Shown here one piece after another: positions 43,082 to 56,775 of a stretch of DNA of 64,000 bases. A program made the translations under genes and the position numbers. This stretch comes from the human T2T-CHM13v2.0 reference genome, Homo sapiens: NCBI RefSeq assembly GCF_009914755.1, contig NC_060934.1. One strand, written 5' to 3'. The notes below the pieces were generated by a model. The model was given only the letters and a program-made list of their open reading frames with translations. It made no database searches and was not told where the DNA came from. Every line of letters starts with the position of its first letter. Within the stretch, counting starts at the first letter, position 1.

Positions 43082-44689
43082 GGCAGTGATAGGAGGACCC
43101 GGTGAGGGACAGGAGAGAGGCTGGCATTTGCTGAGGATCCAGCATGTGTAGGGCATGGCATCAGGTCACAAGGCCACCATCACCATCTCCTTTACAGCTA
43201 AGGAAACAAAGCCTGAGCAAGGGCGAATGACAAGCCCAACGCCACACAGCAAGGCAGAGGGAGTCCGAATCCATTTCTGCAGGTTCCAACATCCACGGTT
43301 CTTCTCCTCCCACCATGCATGGAAATGATTCTTTAAACAGCTGAGCTCCCAGACAAGATACAAGGGTGCCAGCTTTTACCTCTCCAAATCCTCTCTCCAT
43401 AATGATGGGTTATATGAGGTCTGGTGCAGGAGTTGGGGCCTCCAGCAGCCTCCTGTGTGGCAGACACAGCTTCATGAGGATTGTCAGGCCAAGGGTGGGG
43501 TTGGGGTTCCCACAGAAGGTAAGAAACTGAGTGGGACAGACCATACCCAGGAACCCAGAGAGTCTGGGAACAGTGTTCCAACCATGAGCCACTGTGCATG
43601 TCATATGATGATATCTATTCCACAGTAGGTATTTTAGTCATTACATTCTTAAGAGGAAACACCATTGGCTGGCTTGGAAGCTAATGTAAAATAGATGCTT
43701 CCTAAGTCTGAAAGGCTAACTATTGAGCCTGTTCAGCCAAGCTGGAGGTGCTACCATCTAGCCTGAGCAACTCCTGCAATTACTCGAATAATCCCTTAGA
43801 TAAAAAATATAGGTCTGGCTATGTCAACCCACCCATGTAGAGTAACAGCACTGCTCTTGGCACAGAGCTACACTTGGGGCGGTGTCCCAGGTAAGATACC
43901 ACATAGCACTAAAGTGAAGAAGGTAGCATTCTATCAGCTAGACGCAGCCTCCAAATGATTTTAAAGGACCCAGAGTTGCCAAAAGGAGGTAGGAAACATC
44001 TAAAAAGTTGTGGTAGTCAGAGTGGTTTGCAAGGCTCAGGATCCAGGCACGGATAAAGTCTCAGAGTCAGTCAACAAGCATCCTGCAATCACTCCACTCT
44101 GTGCCAAGCACTGCACCAAGGTGGAAGGGCACAGAGCTGTGGCTGCTGCCCTGAGGGAGGGCACAGGCTGGTTGGGAGAAGCAGGGATAAAAACTAATAA
44201 TGATGGTACTCTGTGATCGCGCCAGAGAGCTGAATCCCAAAGTCATGCATGGTTGGGGTCTAAGGCCAGTATAGAAGGTAGAGGTGGCACCTGAGGCACA
44301 GTCCAAATTAATCTTTGAAAGCCTCACAGCTTTCATGCTTTTATACAGGTTCAGCATTTCTTCTCCACAGAGCACTGGGGCATTGCTTATTGGGTTGAGC
44401 ATAGTCGAGTTGGCTTATTTTAGGGGTTGCGCTATTTCATGATATCCAACAGAAAGAACTAGAACTGCTCTTAGGAAGTAAGAAGCTTGCCTCATGAGAG
44501 GCAGAAGGAACTAAGAAAACAGCAGATGCCCACATGCTCCTTGGGGACCCAAGGGGATGTGATCACCTATGTCACTTAAGTTGCGTCTCTGCAGCATCTG
44601 TTTCTGCCATGTGCAAGGCTGAATTTGCATGAATTAAATGTGTGCATGATATGATTGCACATCACAGAGATGTGGACAACTTATAAAGA

Positions 44690-45960
44690 CAAAGGTATGG
44701 GAAGGAAGAATTTGGCCAGGAGGCCAGGGGTTCAGGATGGGTTTCACAAGAGAAGGTGCCATTTAAGAATGAGTGCTTAAGTGGTGCTTCAAGAATGAGT
44801 AGGACTGAGGGAGTCAGGGGACATGGGGACAGAACATAGTGCAAGCATGGTGTAAAGAACGTGGCCTATTTAGGCAACTGGCTGCCCTGACAAGCTTCAT
44901 GGCTAAGATGTAGGGGTGGGGGCTCTAGAGTCCAGATGGCCCAGGCTACCCAGTCCCATGGGCATCATGCTAAGAAGCCTGGCTTTGAATTCAGGTGTCA
45001 TCCGGGACTTCCGAAGGACTGGAAAGCAGGAAGGGAACAGGTTCTATCTGTGCTTTAGACAGAGTACCCTACCTCCTTTTGTAGAATGGAGGAAGACTAA
45101 TGAAGGCAGTGGTAGACAGCAGAAAGAAGAAGCACATGTCAGGATACTGGGCCAGTAGAGTTAAGAAGTGTTTCAAACCTTACTATTTCAGGGGAGAAGG
45201 AAGATGACAACCTTATCTTCTAGGGACAATTAAATTAAGTGGGAGGCAGAGTCTACGTTGGGGGACAATACATTTGCATAATTGGGAACTTTCAGCTGGA
45301 GGTACCTGTAATTGATTGGAAGTAGATGATCAAATCTCAGGGGTCAAAGCAGAATGAGAGGTGTGGATTTTAAGTCAATGCATGCTAGATGACAAAAGCC
45401 GAAGTTATTGTTCGTAACACCTGATACAGCGGTTCACACAGTGGGAACTCCACGTGTGGTAGCTCTCACTGCTATTTTCACTTATGTGAGCCCCTAGGTG
45501 CAAGTAGACCATGAGGTCACAGTTGAGAGGGACATCACCAGCGGGACCCTTCATCAGAAGTGGGGCCACAAAGAAACTCAGAGGACACCAAGAATGAGGG
45601 ACAGAGCCAGGAAAGCTAATGAAAAGCAAAAACAAAAACATATGAGAAGAAACATGAGAACGGGGTCTCAGGAGCCCAAAGAAGAGAGGATTTCAGAGGA
45701 GGAGAGGGAATGGGTATCAAGATAAGTAAGATAAAGAGTGAAAGGTGTGTGCTGGCTTTGGAAATTAGGAAGCCATCTCTGACCTTGGCAAAGGCCATTC
45801 CAATGACATGTTGGGAATGGGAGCTGCTACCAAGGGTTGGGAGGGAACTGGGGGGAGGCAAGCCAGTGAATGCGGATCACCTTTCTGGGAAGTCTGGCTG
45901 TGAAGGAAAGAATGGGGATGGTTATTGGAGGGGAGAGCAGGGCTCCGTTTTCTCAGCTGT
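44690..45960 (-). mobile_element. L2 LINE fossil
   Basis: Purine-rich degenerate L2 motifs, e.g. ggagcccaaagaagagaggatttcag and tgaccttggcaaaggccattccaatg. Other L2 and MIR fragments are scattered through the window. Confidence 0.55.
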
Positions 45961-47978
45961 AAAAAAAGGCAAATGGAAATGTATGGAGTAGAATGTGCCT
46001 CTGTCATTTTAATTAGCTGCTATTTGATATTTGAGACCTGCCATATGCTAAGGGAAGCTTTGGTTTCATGTTCTAATGGGTTTGCCTTCCATTTTCCATT
46101 TCTTATACTCTTTCTGTAACTTCATTCTCACTCAAGGAAGCTGGAAATTGGACATTTCCTGAAGTATTCAAAGGCCGAGCTCAAGTGAGGTCATCTCACG
46201 ATCAATCACATTTTGACATGTCTTCGCTGGTTCCGCGGTTAATTTTTTCAAGACATGAAATTGGAATTTGGTTCCTAAAGACACTGTAAACTTTCAGTGT
46301 CACCTTACATTTCTGTAGTAGTGTTAAGTTTCTAGCGTATTTTACAGCCATCGTTTCATCTCATTCTCACAATGACCCTTAGAGGGAGGGAATGCAGATA
46401 AGTTTATCCCTGCATTATAGACAACAACCAATGAACAAAAAAGTGCAAGCTCTCCAACACACACAAGGTCACCTCCTTTCCTGTCCCTCTACTCTTTCCA
46501 CTAAATTATCAGTGGCAGTGATGGCTTGATTCTTGATTTGGAAAGGACATTCTAACATCCCATTCAGAAAGAAAGAGACAGAGAACTTGACAGTAATTTT
46601 ACCTAAATCAGCCGAATCGACTTGACCAGCAATCTGGCATTGGATGCAGCATCAATTTCCCCAAGTGGATCTAAGCCTTGGGTGCTCACTAAAATCACCA
46701 GGGAGTATTTTTTTTTTTTTTAAGAAATCTGCATGGACCTGCCTCAAACCATTTAAATTAACTCTCAACAACTGGAGGTTGAACACTGTTATTTGTAAAA
46801 GTTTCTGGGTGATTCTAAAATGCAGCTAGGGTGAGAACCAGTATACATAGTAAGTCAATGACGTGGTGAACACCAAATTAGACAGGGGGTCCTTTCTCTT
46901 TGGGGGTGTATATGATGGAAGCTCCTGCCACCTATGTAGCCAGGGCCAAAACACAGGGGTTGTCCTTAACACCTTGAATCCACGGGCAAGTCCAACAAAC
47001 TTTCCCTTCAAAGTACGTCTCCAGTCCAATCGCTTCTGGTGCTGTCCGTGGTCAGAGTGTGGACGCCTCCCTCTCCTTCCTGGACAGTTGCACTGGATTC
47101 CCCATGGCTCTCCTCATTTCCATTCAGGGCCCTACACTGCAGTCTGGGCACAGCTGTCAGAGGTCACTGTTAAAACTCACTTGCACGTCCTGCTCCAAGC
47201 CCCCAGGAACCTTCTCATGGCTGTTCTACCTTGTCAGGGCCCTGCTCACCTCTCTACACGCTCCCTCTTTGGCTCCCTCTGTCGCTGTTTCCTCGGCCTG
47301 GATGCTCTTCCCCAGAACTCCACATGGCAGGCTCACCCTTCATGTCATTTAGGTCACCTTCAGATGTCACCTCCACAGAGAGGCCTTTCCTGACCACCCT
47401 CAGGGCAGAGATGCAGCTCCAGCACCAGGTGCATGGCAGGCACATAATCCAGATTTGGGAATGAGTCACTGAACCCCCAGGAACTTGTTACCACTTTTTA
47501 GCCCAAAGTGCTTTGAGACAAAGCACAGCGGGGCAGGTGACCAGGCTGCCTGAGGTCACAGGGGTGGCCCCATGCTATGGCACCATAGGATGAAGAAGAA
47601 TGCACATGAGGAGAGAATGGAGGGACAGTCAGAGCCCCGGAGCCATGGCGTGGGGCTGTGGTTAGTGCCTCTGGGTCACAGAGCGACGTGCCTTTCATGC
47701 CAAGCCTAGAGTTTGTCTTCACACTCTAGGATGCGGATGTGAGGAATGCCTCTGAGGTTTTCAAGGAAAATCATGATGAGTTAGATCTTCATTTTAGGAA
47801 AACAGTTGTGGAAATCTGTCCGGAAGAAAGCCAGAAAGGATGTGACTTGGAATTTGAGGCCCCCTTTCTTTAGGTTCCCATGGCATTCCCAGCCAGAAAT
47901 TGCTGGCCAAACTTCCAGATCTGGCTTACTGGACTTGCCATGGCCATCAGATAAAATGTTTAAGAGTTAGGGATTTCT

Positions 47979-48156
47979 GGCAGGGCACAGTGGTTCAGCC
48001 TATAATCCCAGCACTTGGGGAGATCGAGACAGGAGGATTGCTTGAGCCCAGGAGTTTGAGACCAGCTTAGGTGACAAAGGAGGCCTGTCTCCTACCCCCT
48101 CCCCACCCCCTCATCTCTACCAAAATAAATAAATAAATAATAATACGAAGAAATCA
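47979..48156 (+). mobile_element. FLAM_C / Alu left monomer
   Basis: ggcagggcacagtggttc...aggattgcttgagcccaggagtttgagaccagc, (TAAA)n tail; near-TSD gttagggatttct / gctaggcatttct. Confidence 0.8.
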
Positions 48157-49566
48157 AAAAGCTAGGCATTTCTGTATAAATAAGGAATGTGTTTCATGGT
48201 TGTGAACACTGCATGTCACCTCTGGGGAAAAAGAGTCACAAAAAATTAATGTTATGATTTGGTAAGTCATATAAAATCAGAATATTTACCAGAGAAAGAA
48301 GGTCACAGTTTATGTCGCTATCTCAGGGTGAATGTCTGTTTCCTACAGGCTACTACTTCCACAGTGAGTTCACACATGGGAGGAGCCCTGTGGGAAATCT
48401 TGGCCCCTGTTGCTCCCGCATCACTCCAAGTCTGTCTTATTTTCCATGCTCTAGACACACCTGCCTCCTCCCTGCTCCTCCAGCCTCTTACACTCTGGCT
48501 CTTCTCATGGCTGGCTCTTTAGAACTTATTGAAAAAACTATCTTTCCTTCTTAGAAAGGGCTTTCCTGGCCAAACTATCAAAATCCATCTTCCCTGCTGG
48601 CCCCTAGAATACTTTGTTGTTTTTTTCTTAACACTTATCACAATGTGAATTTATTTAATTATGTTTCCCTTACTGCAACGTAAGTTGCAGGTGGCAGAAA
48701 GCGTGTCTGCCTTCTGCATTGGCTGTATGCCTAGCACCTGGCACATAATAGGTGCTTAGTTAAAAACTGGCTGAACAGAAAGAGGCAAGGAGTGAGAAGC
48801 AAATCTAAAAGTCTATATTCTGAGGCACAGCAGGCACCGTTGTTCTGCAAAAATATTCTTCATGTGAGTATGTTTTGTATACTGAAGATATACTGCATGA
48901 TTCAGTTCAAAATGAAAATCTTGACTTACTGGTAATGAGGACAGATACACACATACACACCTTTGGCCAGAATGCCTATTCCCACAGCATGTATACACGT
49001 CTTCCCCATGGGGAATTCCTGCAAACAGGTACACACACGTAACAGACATTGACATGCACCACTCCTCACACAAGCTTTCGGGGTTACCCACCAAATATGA
49101 GTACATATTGTAATTTTATGGCCATACACTGATGCCATAAACTATATGTTGAGATGAGCCCACTGGCATTACAACAAAATGCTGTTCCCAACTTACCTAA
49201 GTCATCATGCCCCTACATAACGTCACTAACCTGGAATTCTTTAGTGCAGTAGGTGTATGCCTGTCACCCACAGGGCTCTCATTCTGGAGACAGAAACCCA
49301 GAAGAGTTGGGACAGCTACCTAATAATCATGGTTCTTCCTAGTCTTCTAAAAGATGATGCTTGTGACCCACAAGCACCAGGTGGTAAGCTTGGCCAGCAG
49401 TAGATGTGCCAGTCCCTCCTCCAACATGCCTTGTGATGTCTGCCAGGTGGCTGGAGGGTAGGAAGGAGGAAGCTGGGGGTCACAAACCAGAGAAGGCCTG
49501 AGCTGGTCCACCCCAGCGGCAGGCCCATAGCCCTCAGCAGCTTGTCCCTCCGATTCCCTCCAGGGA

Positions 49567-49762
49567 AGGTTGTCAGAAACAAGACAGGACACATTCAGTT
49601 AAATGTGCATTTCAGATAAGCAACAAATACTTAAAAAAAAAAAAAGTATGTCCCAAATATTGCACGAGACATATTTACACTAAAATTAAATACATTGTTT
49701 ATTTGAAATCCAAATTTAACCAGGCATTCTGTACTTCTAACTTGCTAAATCTGGCAACTCTA
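49567..49762. mobile_element. MER53 palindromic hAT MITE
   Basis: Ends ggttgtcaga / tctggcaact; inner inverted arms cagttaaatgtgcatttcagataagcaa / ttgtttatttgaaatccaaatttaacc. Confidence 0.8.
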
Positions 49763-50914
49763 ACCCCAGGGAAAGTCTACATAATGGCTCCCAACATCCA
49801 AGAAACTTTAGATTATTCCATATTTTTCTATTATTCATGTATATCAATATTTTAAATCAACTTCTTTATAACGAAAGCCCACTCCTCTTTTACTGTATCT
49901 ATTATGTTGTTTTTAATTTTGCTGACCAATAGCATGATGGAATTTTCTTTAATATCTTAAGTTTTTCTTCCAGAAAATATCAACACCACTATACTTGACT
50001 TGTACCTTGTATATTCAATTTGCAACAATGTCTGTGAAACAACAAAGTTAGAAAAAATGTGCACATTTGGCATTTGGGCCTTTTAATCAAACCACCAACC
50101 TTTCTAAAAGCTCAGTTTCCAAGGTAAGCTCCCTAGATGGAAATCACCTTATCATTACTCATATAAAGGTGGCCCACTGCAACCATTCCAGGAAGTGACA
50201 GAGGATGTTCACAATCTCAACTGCTCTTCAAAAAATCTGCTATTATGAAAAATGATCTAAAAATAGTTCTATATAATGCAAGGACCAAGCCATCTGTATG
50301 ATCTCTTCAAAGAGCTCATATTTCCATAGATTTTTATCACTTTCCAACTGTTCCTACAAGCACTGAAATTTAAGAAAGTCATGTCAGTTTAGCAGATAAA
50401 ACGCACCAAGATATTAAATTTAATCACTATTATTTCAATTATTTTATATTATTCTTTTACATCATAAAAGGCTCAAATCAAACATGTCAAAGTAAATAAA
50501 GTTTAGATTGCATTAAAACTCATGACAAATGGGTTTTTAAGTTGCATAAATATATTTCTAGCAATAATCAATTCGAGGAAATCAATGTTAATTAAATAGA
50601 CATAAATATAGAAAAATGCCCATCATTCATTCAGTTAAACTGAACATGGAAGTTGTATATCTGGGACTGTAACCCCTGGTTTTTGTTCAAAAACTAATTT
50701 TCAGTAGATGCAAATAATGTTGGATCCCTCATCAGCACTGTCACATCAAAATTGGTTTGCATATTTTTGGCTTAAGAATAAAGCTTCCATTCTCTAAGGA
50801 TAGAGTTAGCATTAAAGTGAGTAGAGACAACCCTTGAATGAGAGAATACCAAAGCAGCTAATGTGATTTAAAAGCTTCGGCAGTCTCAAAGCTGAGAAAA
50901 GGAGAGGAACTCAC

Positions 50915-51012
50915 CTTGGAGTCGAAGCTCTTCACTGGGATCCAGAGGTCCCCACTCCGAACAGAGGCACTGACAACTTCATCAGCTCTTCCTTGGTTCC
51001 ATAAGCTCACCC
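50915..51012 (-). CDS. ADAM12: ADAM12 coding exon 2 (98 bp, start of prodomain, residues ~30-62)
   Basis: Reverse strand reads ttttccttttgattcag|GG GTG AGC TTA TGG AAC ... GAC TCC AAG|gtgagt, with a canonical acceptor (AG at 51014-51013) and donor (GT at 50914-50913). The phase 1 to phase 0 translation VSLWNQGRADEVVSASVRSGDLWIPVKSFDSK matches the human ADAM12 N-terminus as I recall it, except G48R. Not present in the ORF track. Confidence 0.97.
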
Positions 51013-54000
51013 CTGAATCAAAAGGAAAACAGCCCTATATTTCACTCTAGTCAGGAAGAGTTTGGCATCAGAAGCTTATTACATAAATGACACAGTGAAA
51101 ATATTTGGAAGTTAAATAAGCCCAGGGAAACACTAGAACCCATTAAGTCATGAAAAGTGTTAAAACTGCTGAATTCTCTGTCAATCTAACCATGAAAATT
51201 TTGTAACTTAAAGAAAACAAAAGTTAATTAATTTGTTCCTTCAAGACCTGTAACATGTGCTGGGGTATTATCATAGACAAGATATATAATTCAGTCCTTC
51301 AACAAGCAACAAAAATGCAAAAGTGACTTTTTTGAAATGATGAATTGATACTTTATTTAGGATCTGCTCTGTATTAAAAGTCACATGGCTTTAGCTGTAT
51401 TAAGACTAAATCCATTTATTTAAGTCCCAGTGAATCTGTTAAACATAATGCCAATTCTCCTCTCTGCACTTATGGAGTCTAATTTTATATGCTTTAGTAA
51501 GTGATTCTATAGACAAAATTAATTTTCCAGTTCAGACTGACTAGACTGGTTTATGTTTTAAAAAAATCAAGTCATTCAATAAACTATTATATGATCTTGT
51601 TTCTTGGGGTCCTGTCTGTTGAACCAGTTAATATACCAACACAGGTTCAATTTAGACCCATTTCCATAAACAATCCTCACGGAAAGTATAACATTTTTCT
51701 CTTCTGGAGGGTGTATCACTTTCTCAACAAATACGCTAATTTCTCTGGACTTGCTCTCCTATGAGGTCATGCTCCTGCTATTTGGTTCGACCACAGTATA
51801 TCCCTCAAGGTGAAGGATGGGACCAGATTCCCTCACATGTTATTCCCATTTCTTCAAGCAGGACTCATAATTTTCAGACCTGAGTCATAATAGCACAGTT
51901 TTAAGTTACTAAAGAGTTCACATTTATTGGGCACAAATGGTATTGAAATTTTAATCCTAGACATTTTACAGTTCCCCAAATACTTTTAAATCCACACCAT
52001 TTTATCATGCTCAATGTGGAAGTCTGCAGTTATATTCAGGTTACCAAAGGATTACTACTCCCGTAGTCACTGTCTGAAACAGCCTCTGAGAAATTCTCAA
52101 GCTGGTCACAGAGTGTTTAAAACTCTCAGGTGTTGAGGACCAAGAGGACAAGGAACAGGAATGAACTGAAAGTCCGAAATACAGCCAATGGGAGAGGGCT
52201 GAGCTGCAACCCTCGACCGCATGGGGAAGGAAGGAGGGAGGGGACTATGGGCCCAGGACGTGTGGTCTTCAGGGTGTGGATGGGCTGAGTCTTCAGGGAT
52301 GAACCTGCATTCAAGCGAGAAGGGTTCTGGCAGAGCAAGTGGAGGTGCTGGCTCTGATGGTGATATCTGTGACACCCGTGAACGGCTGCTTGGAGGTGAA
52401 AAGAGTCGACTCTCTGAATGGGAAGCATCAGAAGTCCTTCTCCTGGCTGCAAGGGTGCAACCACTGGCAGCATGGAGATCTTGAGTAAGTGTGTCTCCCT
52501 CCTCCTGTCGCTTGAGCCCATGCCTTCCATGTGCTCAAAGGCAGAATAGCCCAGGCTTTGGAGGAAGACGCACCCTGCAGCAGCACCAGCTCTACCACAC
52601 ATCAGCTGCGGGGCCACGGGCCAGTTGTGTCCCACGTGTTTACTCACCACTCACCAAGTATTCAACTGTCTACCTGGTGACAGGCACTCTTGTCAGTGAC
52701 TCTAGATCTGATGCCTTCTATTCAAAAAGCCCATTCTTTCTTCTTCAAGCCAGCAGCCCCAAAGTGAGCCAGCTCCCTCCGTCTATACTGCTGAGACCCT
52801 CATCTCTTGAACACAGCTTCATCCCAGAAGGCTTGCCTCTCTCTCCGTCCTGTGCATTTCAGAGAGGGACGTAGAGAAAACTGCCCTCAGGACTTGCATT
52901 CTTGTACTGGGAGAGAAAAACGATGAAAAGAAGACCATTTCAGAGAGCCAGAAGTGCTGTGAAACAGCAGGACCACAGCAACTCTGCTAAAACTGCAACC
53001 TTCTTGTCAATCAAACATTATTTCAAAGTAAAAAAAAATTAAGAAGAAAAACAGGGTGACAGCAGAATGGCTGGGGATGGTATTTCTGAAGGACAGGCCA
53101 GGAAAGCCCCCCTTTTTTGTTGGGGATGGTGAGCTTATAAGCTGAGAGCTGATGATGAGAAGCCTCCAGCTGCACATATAGCCACGAGGATCGACAGCAG
53201 TAAAGGGAGCGCAAGACTTTCCTTTTCCGTAAAATGAGGCAGAGCGTGGTGAGCCCGAGGGAAATCACATGATGTGTGAGGGACGCATCGGCCGGTTTCA
53301 ACGGCACTGTTCTCGAAGCTTTGCCAAGACCAGGGTCTCTTGCTCAGGACCCCACGGGATTCACACGTTGGAATGCAGAGAAACAAAGTGAGTTCTGATC
53401 CAGCTATACAGCTCCTGCAGAGGCCGACTACAGAGTGCAATTAACTGAACTTATAAGACAGCTGTCATGTTATTGGAATTGGATTAAGGCAGCTTTAAAA
53501 TACTAGCAATTATGGGGTGAAAACTGGAGATCCATCTGAACTTTCCCTTCACCTGCTGAAAAACCACACCACGCCGAGAGTTACCACGGGCATTGGCGTA
53601 GTCTTTGGAAAGTCAGCTAAAACTGTCAAAGCGATCGCGAGCATTTTAAAATATCCTCCACATAAACGAACCAGTTTAATTATAAGGTACTCCTGGCAGC
53701 GCTGAGTTTCCAACACAAGTGAATTGTTAAACTGAATAACCACAAATCAATCCTATTGCCAAGGATGTGTTAAACTGGGCAGAGAAAGAGTTCCAAAACT
53801 AGAATCCTGTGTCACTCCCAACCCAACCCCAGTAATGGGGAGGATGGGATAGTTTCCATGGGTATTCCAGCCACACTACCAAAAGGCCTGGAAGGTTTTC
53901 ACCCAGGCCTCAGATGCCTGGAGGAAGAATCTTTGCACTTAATAGACTTCCCTTGAGAAGCTGTATGTGTGAGGAGGAAGGAGATGATGCGTGAAATCCG

Positions 54001-56199
54001 GGTCTTCTAGTCGAACTGTTTGCAGGTGCTCCTGCAGGGAGGGGTGTAGGGGAGGCAGCAACTCCACACCTTGACTTTGGGGAAGTTCAGGAGGTGTTGG
54101 TGGGGCCTCCTGTTAGATAATCAGGGTGAGGCTACAGAAACCAAGTGTAAAGAACATCCTCCATCCTCTGGACTGTTTCTTCCAAGGCTCTTAGTGGCTG
54201 AGAAAGACACAGTTATTTAGTTTCCTGAAGGCAAAATATTCCAACCACTGAAACATTTCCTGTTTCACCTACATATTCCAGTATCTCAATCCAAAAGGAG
54301 CCCTTTTTGGCAAATATGTTTTCCTTGAAGAGGCTTTATTTCCAAATATTCGAAGGAGAATTTAGAAGCAGGCTGTGGCAGCCCTTGTAGAATGTGGTGC
54401 AACCTTTTTGAGAAATTGAGTGACTGCACAATTTGCTGAGTACGGTATGTATTATCTATGTACATGGATAATCAAGCCATCTCTCAGCTTTTTCATTGGC
54501 TGCACAACAGCCCCTCAGCAATATCTGTAGTCAGAAGACCGTTTCTTATGAGCTTTTCTTATGTATTTATACACTGGTATTTCTTTTAGATGATGCAAAT
54601 AAAAATTTTATTTCACTGCACGGATAGACAGAATAAATTATACACAGCTGTGAGGTATCAGAATATATTTTATGGAGTGATCTTATTGATAAATTATAAA
54701 CACGGGACCTGAATGATGGATACATTCAAGCCTGAGAAACCCGGGGAAAAAATATGACCCTATAAAATACACAGTTTGCATATATTTTATTTTTCATAAT
54801 ATATATTTGGGCATCAACAGAACTCATAGTTACCTAAATAAGAAATGTGGATAGATTATACTGGGCAGGAAGCTTTTTTGCCACTGCGTAACCTGATACA
54901 CTGCTTGCAGTTTTGATAAAATGGCCAGTTTGCTTCAGCCTCAGAGTGGAAAAACACATATTAGATCGTTCATCTCTGACAGTTATCTGCTGTGATCATC
55001 AGTTGTGCTTTCCCATGGGAAGTGTGTGCCTGCTTTGCTTGTCTCCTTGTCTGAGTTTGTCATTTTCAGATCTGATTCAGGCTAGTCAAGATTGCAATGA
55101 AAGTTTTTAAGGTTATGGGAAAGCAGGCAAAGAAGAAACCTCTCAAAGTGACTCCAGATCCTCCCCTCATGTCACCCAGAGCCTGGCTGCCTGCATGAGT
55201 CCTGCCCCATCCTTGCTCTAGCCAACCTTCCTTTGGTAACTTATGAAGGGAAACAGGAAAGGCTATAACCAAGTCCACACCACCCTGATGCCTACATCCG
55301 CGCAAGCTCCATTTCACAAGAGGTGGAGACTGATGCAGCAGCTCTAAGACATACACAGTGAAGAGGGGACATCTTGGAGCCATAAGACCTGACCCTGGTC
55401 CTGACTCCTCCTCGATTTATTTTCCTTTGTCAAAGCCTGACATCTGAGGCTCTACCGTCTACAAAATGAAAACTGCATTCTCTCCTCTAAGATTCTCATG
55501 AGGTTAAGGGAGCTCAAATAAGTCAACACAGTAAAGCGCTTTCGAAAAGCTTAATGCATGAAATCCATCTTAGATATCAGAATCCAAGTTTCTAGACTTT
55601 GAGGCAGTGTCTGTTTAACCAAACCACACTATTGGTGCAAAAATCACAACTCCATATTGATCATTTGAAAATGCCAGTGTATAAGTGGATGCCAGTGGGC
55701 ATCCTCCTAAGCCACCCAGTGGGCCATTGAGAAAATAAACTCTGATGAGATCATTAGTCAAGAGAAACTTAAATATCACACCTGGAGTTCTGGCTTGAAA
55801 GGGAAATCATTGTCAACACCTACATGAACTTTAAAATGGAGAATCAATCTGAGGTGCAAAAAGTAGAATTAAGATAAACATCCTTTTGAAAAATCTAAGT
55901 GAAAGCAAAAAGTTGGGGCAGCCATTTGCCAAGAAGCCAGGGACAAGGCTTCGGAAACTGATGAAGCAATTTTTTTAGCCCCTAAATATCCGAGACCTAA
56001 AGGAAATCTTACAGAACTGAGCAGCTCCTTGTCTCAGGGCAATATGGTGGTGATGCTCCTATAAATGATAGCAAGATTTCCTTTCAGATTCACATTTTCA
56101 ATCTTAACCAAATAATGATGTAGTTCTTTCATTTTAGCTGCACGCTCCCTACATGTAAATTAGTAATGCAATTTTAAAATAACGTAAGTGAAGGATCCA

Positions 56200-56775
56200 C
56201 AAAAGAACCAATAGCAAAAGTTAAGCTGAAAAAAGTAACTTTATAATAGAGAAACCTGACAAACCCTGCTTTAGCCAGATGGTCAAGGTCAACATCAACA
56301 GAGATAAGTCCTGTGGATGGTACGACCCTTGACGTGATGTGATGACAGTCCCACTTCCATCTGTGATCTTCCACTTCAAAACCCACAGCCCCCGTCTAAT
56401 CATGAGATAAATTCCCAAAGAGGTACGCTCTAAAATATACCAACCAGTAATCGTCAAAACTGTCATAAAAAACAAGGACAGTCTGAGGTACTGTCACAGA
56501 CAAGATGAACCTAAGGAGACAGGACAACTAAATGTAATGTATCCTGGATGGGACTGAGCAACAGAAAAAATGCACTCAGTAAGAACCAATGAATAAAGTA
56601 TAAACCTAATTTAAAATACTATGCAAATATTGGTTTACTAACTGTAACAAATGTACAATACTAAGGTAAGATGTTAAGAATAGGGGAAATGGGATGTGGA
56701 GTGTCTGGAAACCATCTGTTCTAGCTTTGCAATTTTTCTGTCACTCTAAAATCGTTCTAAAAATGAAGTCTACTA
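56200..56775 (+). mobile_element. L1MC/ME-type 3' fragment
   Basis: gtaactttataatagagaaacctgacaaac...ggtcaaggtcaacatca...ctttgcaatttttctgtcactctaaaat. Confidence 0.7.

Noticed and set aside
46863-47393. 176-aa + strand ORF
   Set aside because: Overlaps an L2-like fossil, resembles no protein family I recognise and uses a non-ATG start.
52126-52650. 174-aa ORF or possible processed pseudogene near exon 2
   Set aside because: No similarity to a protein I recognise, and no poly-A tail or TSD.
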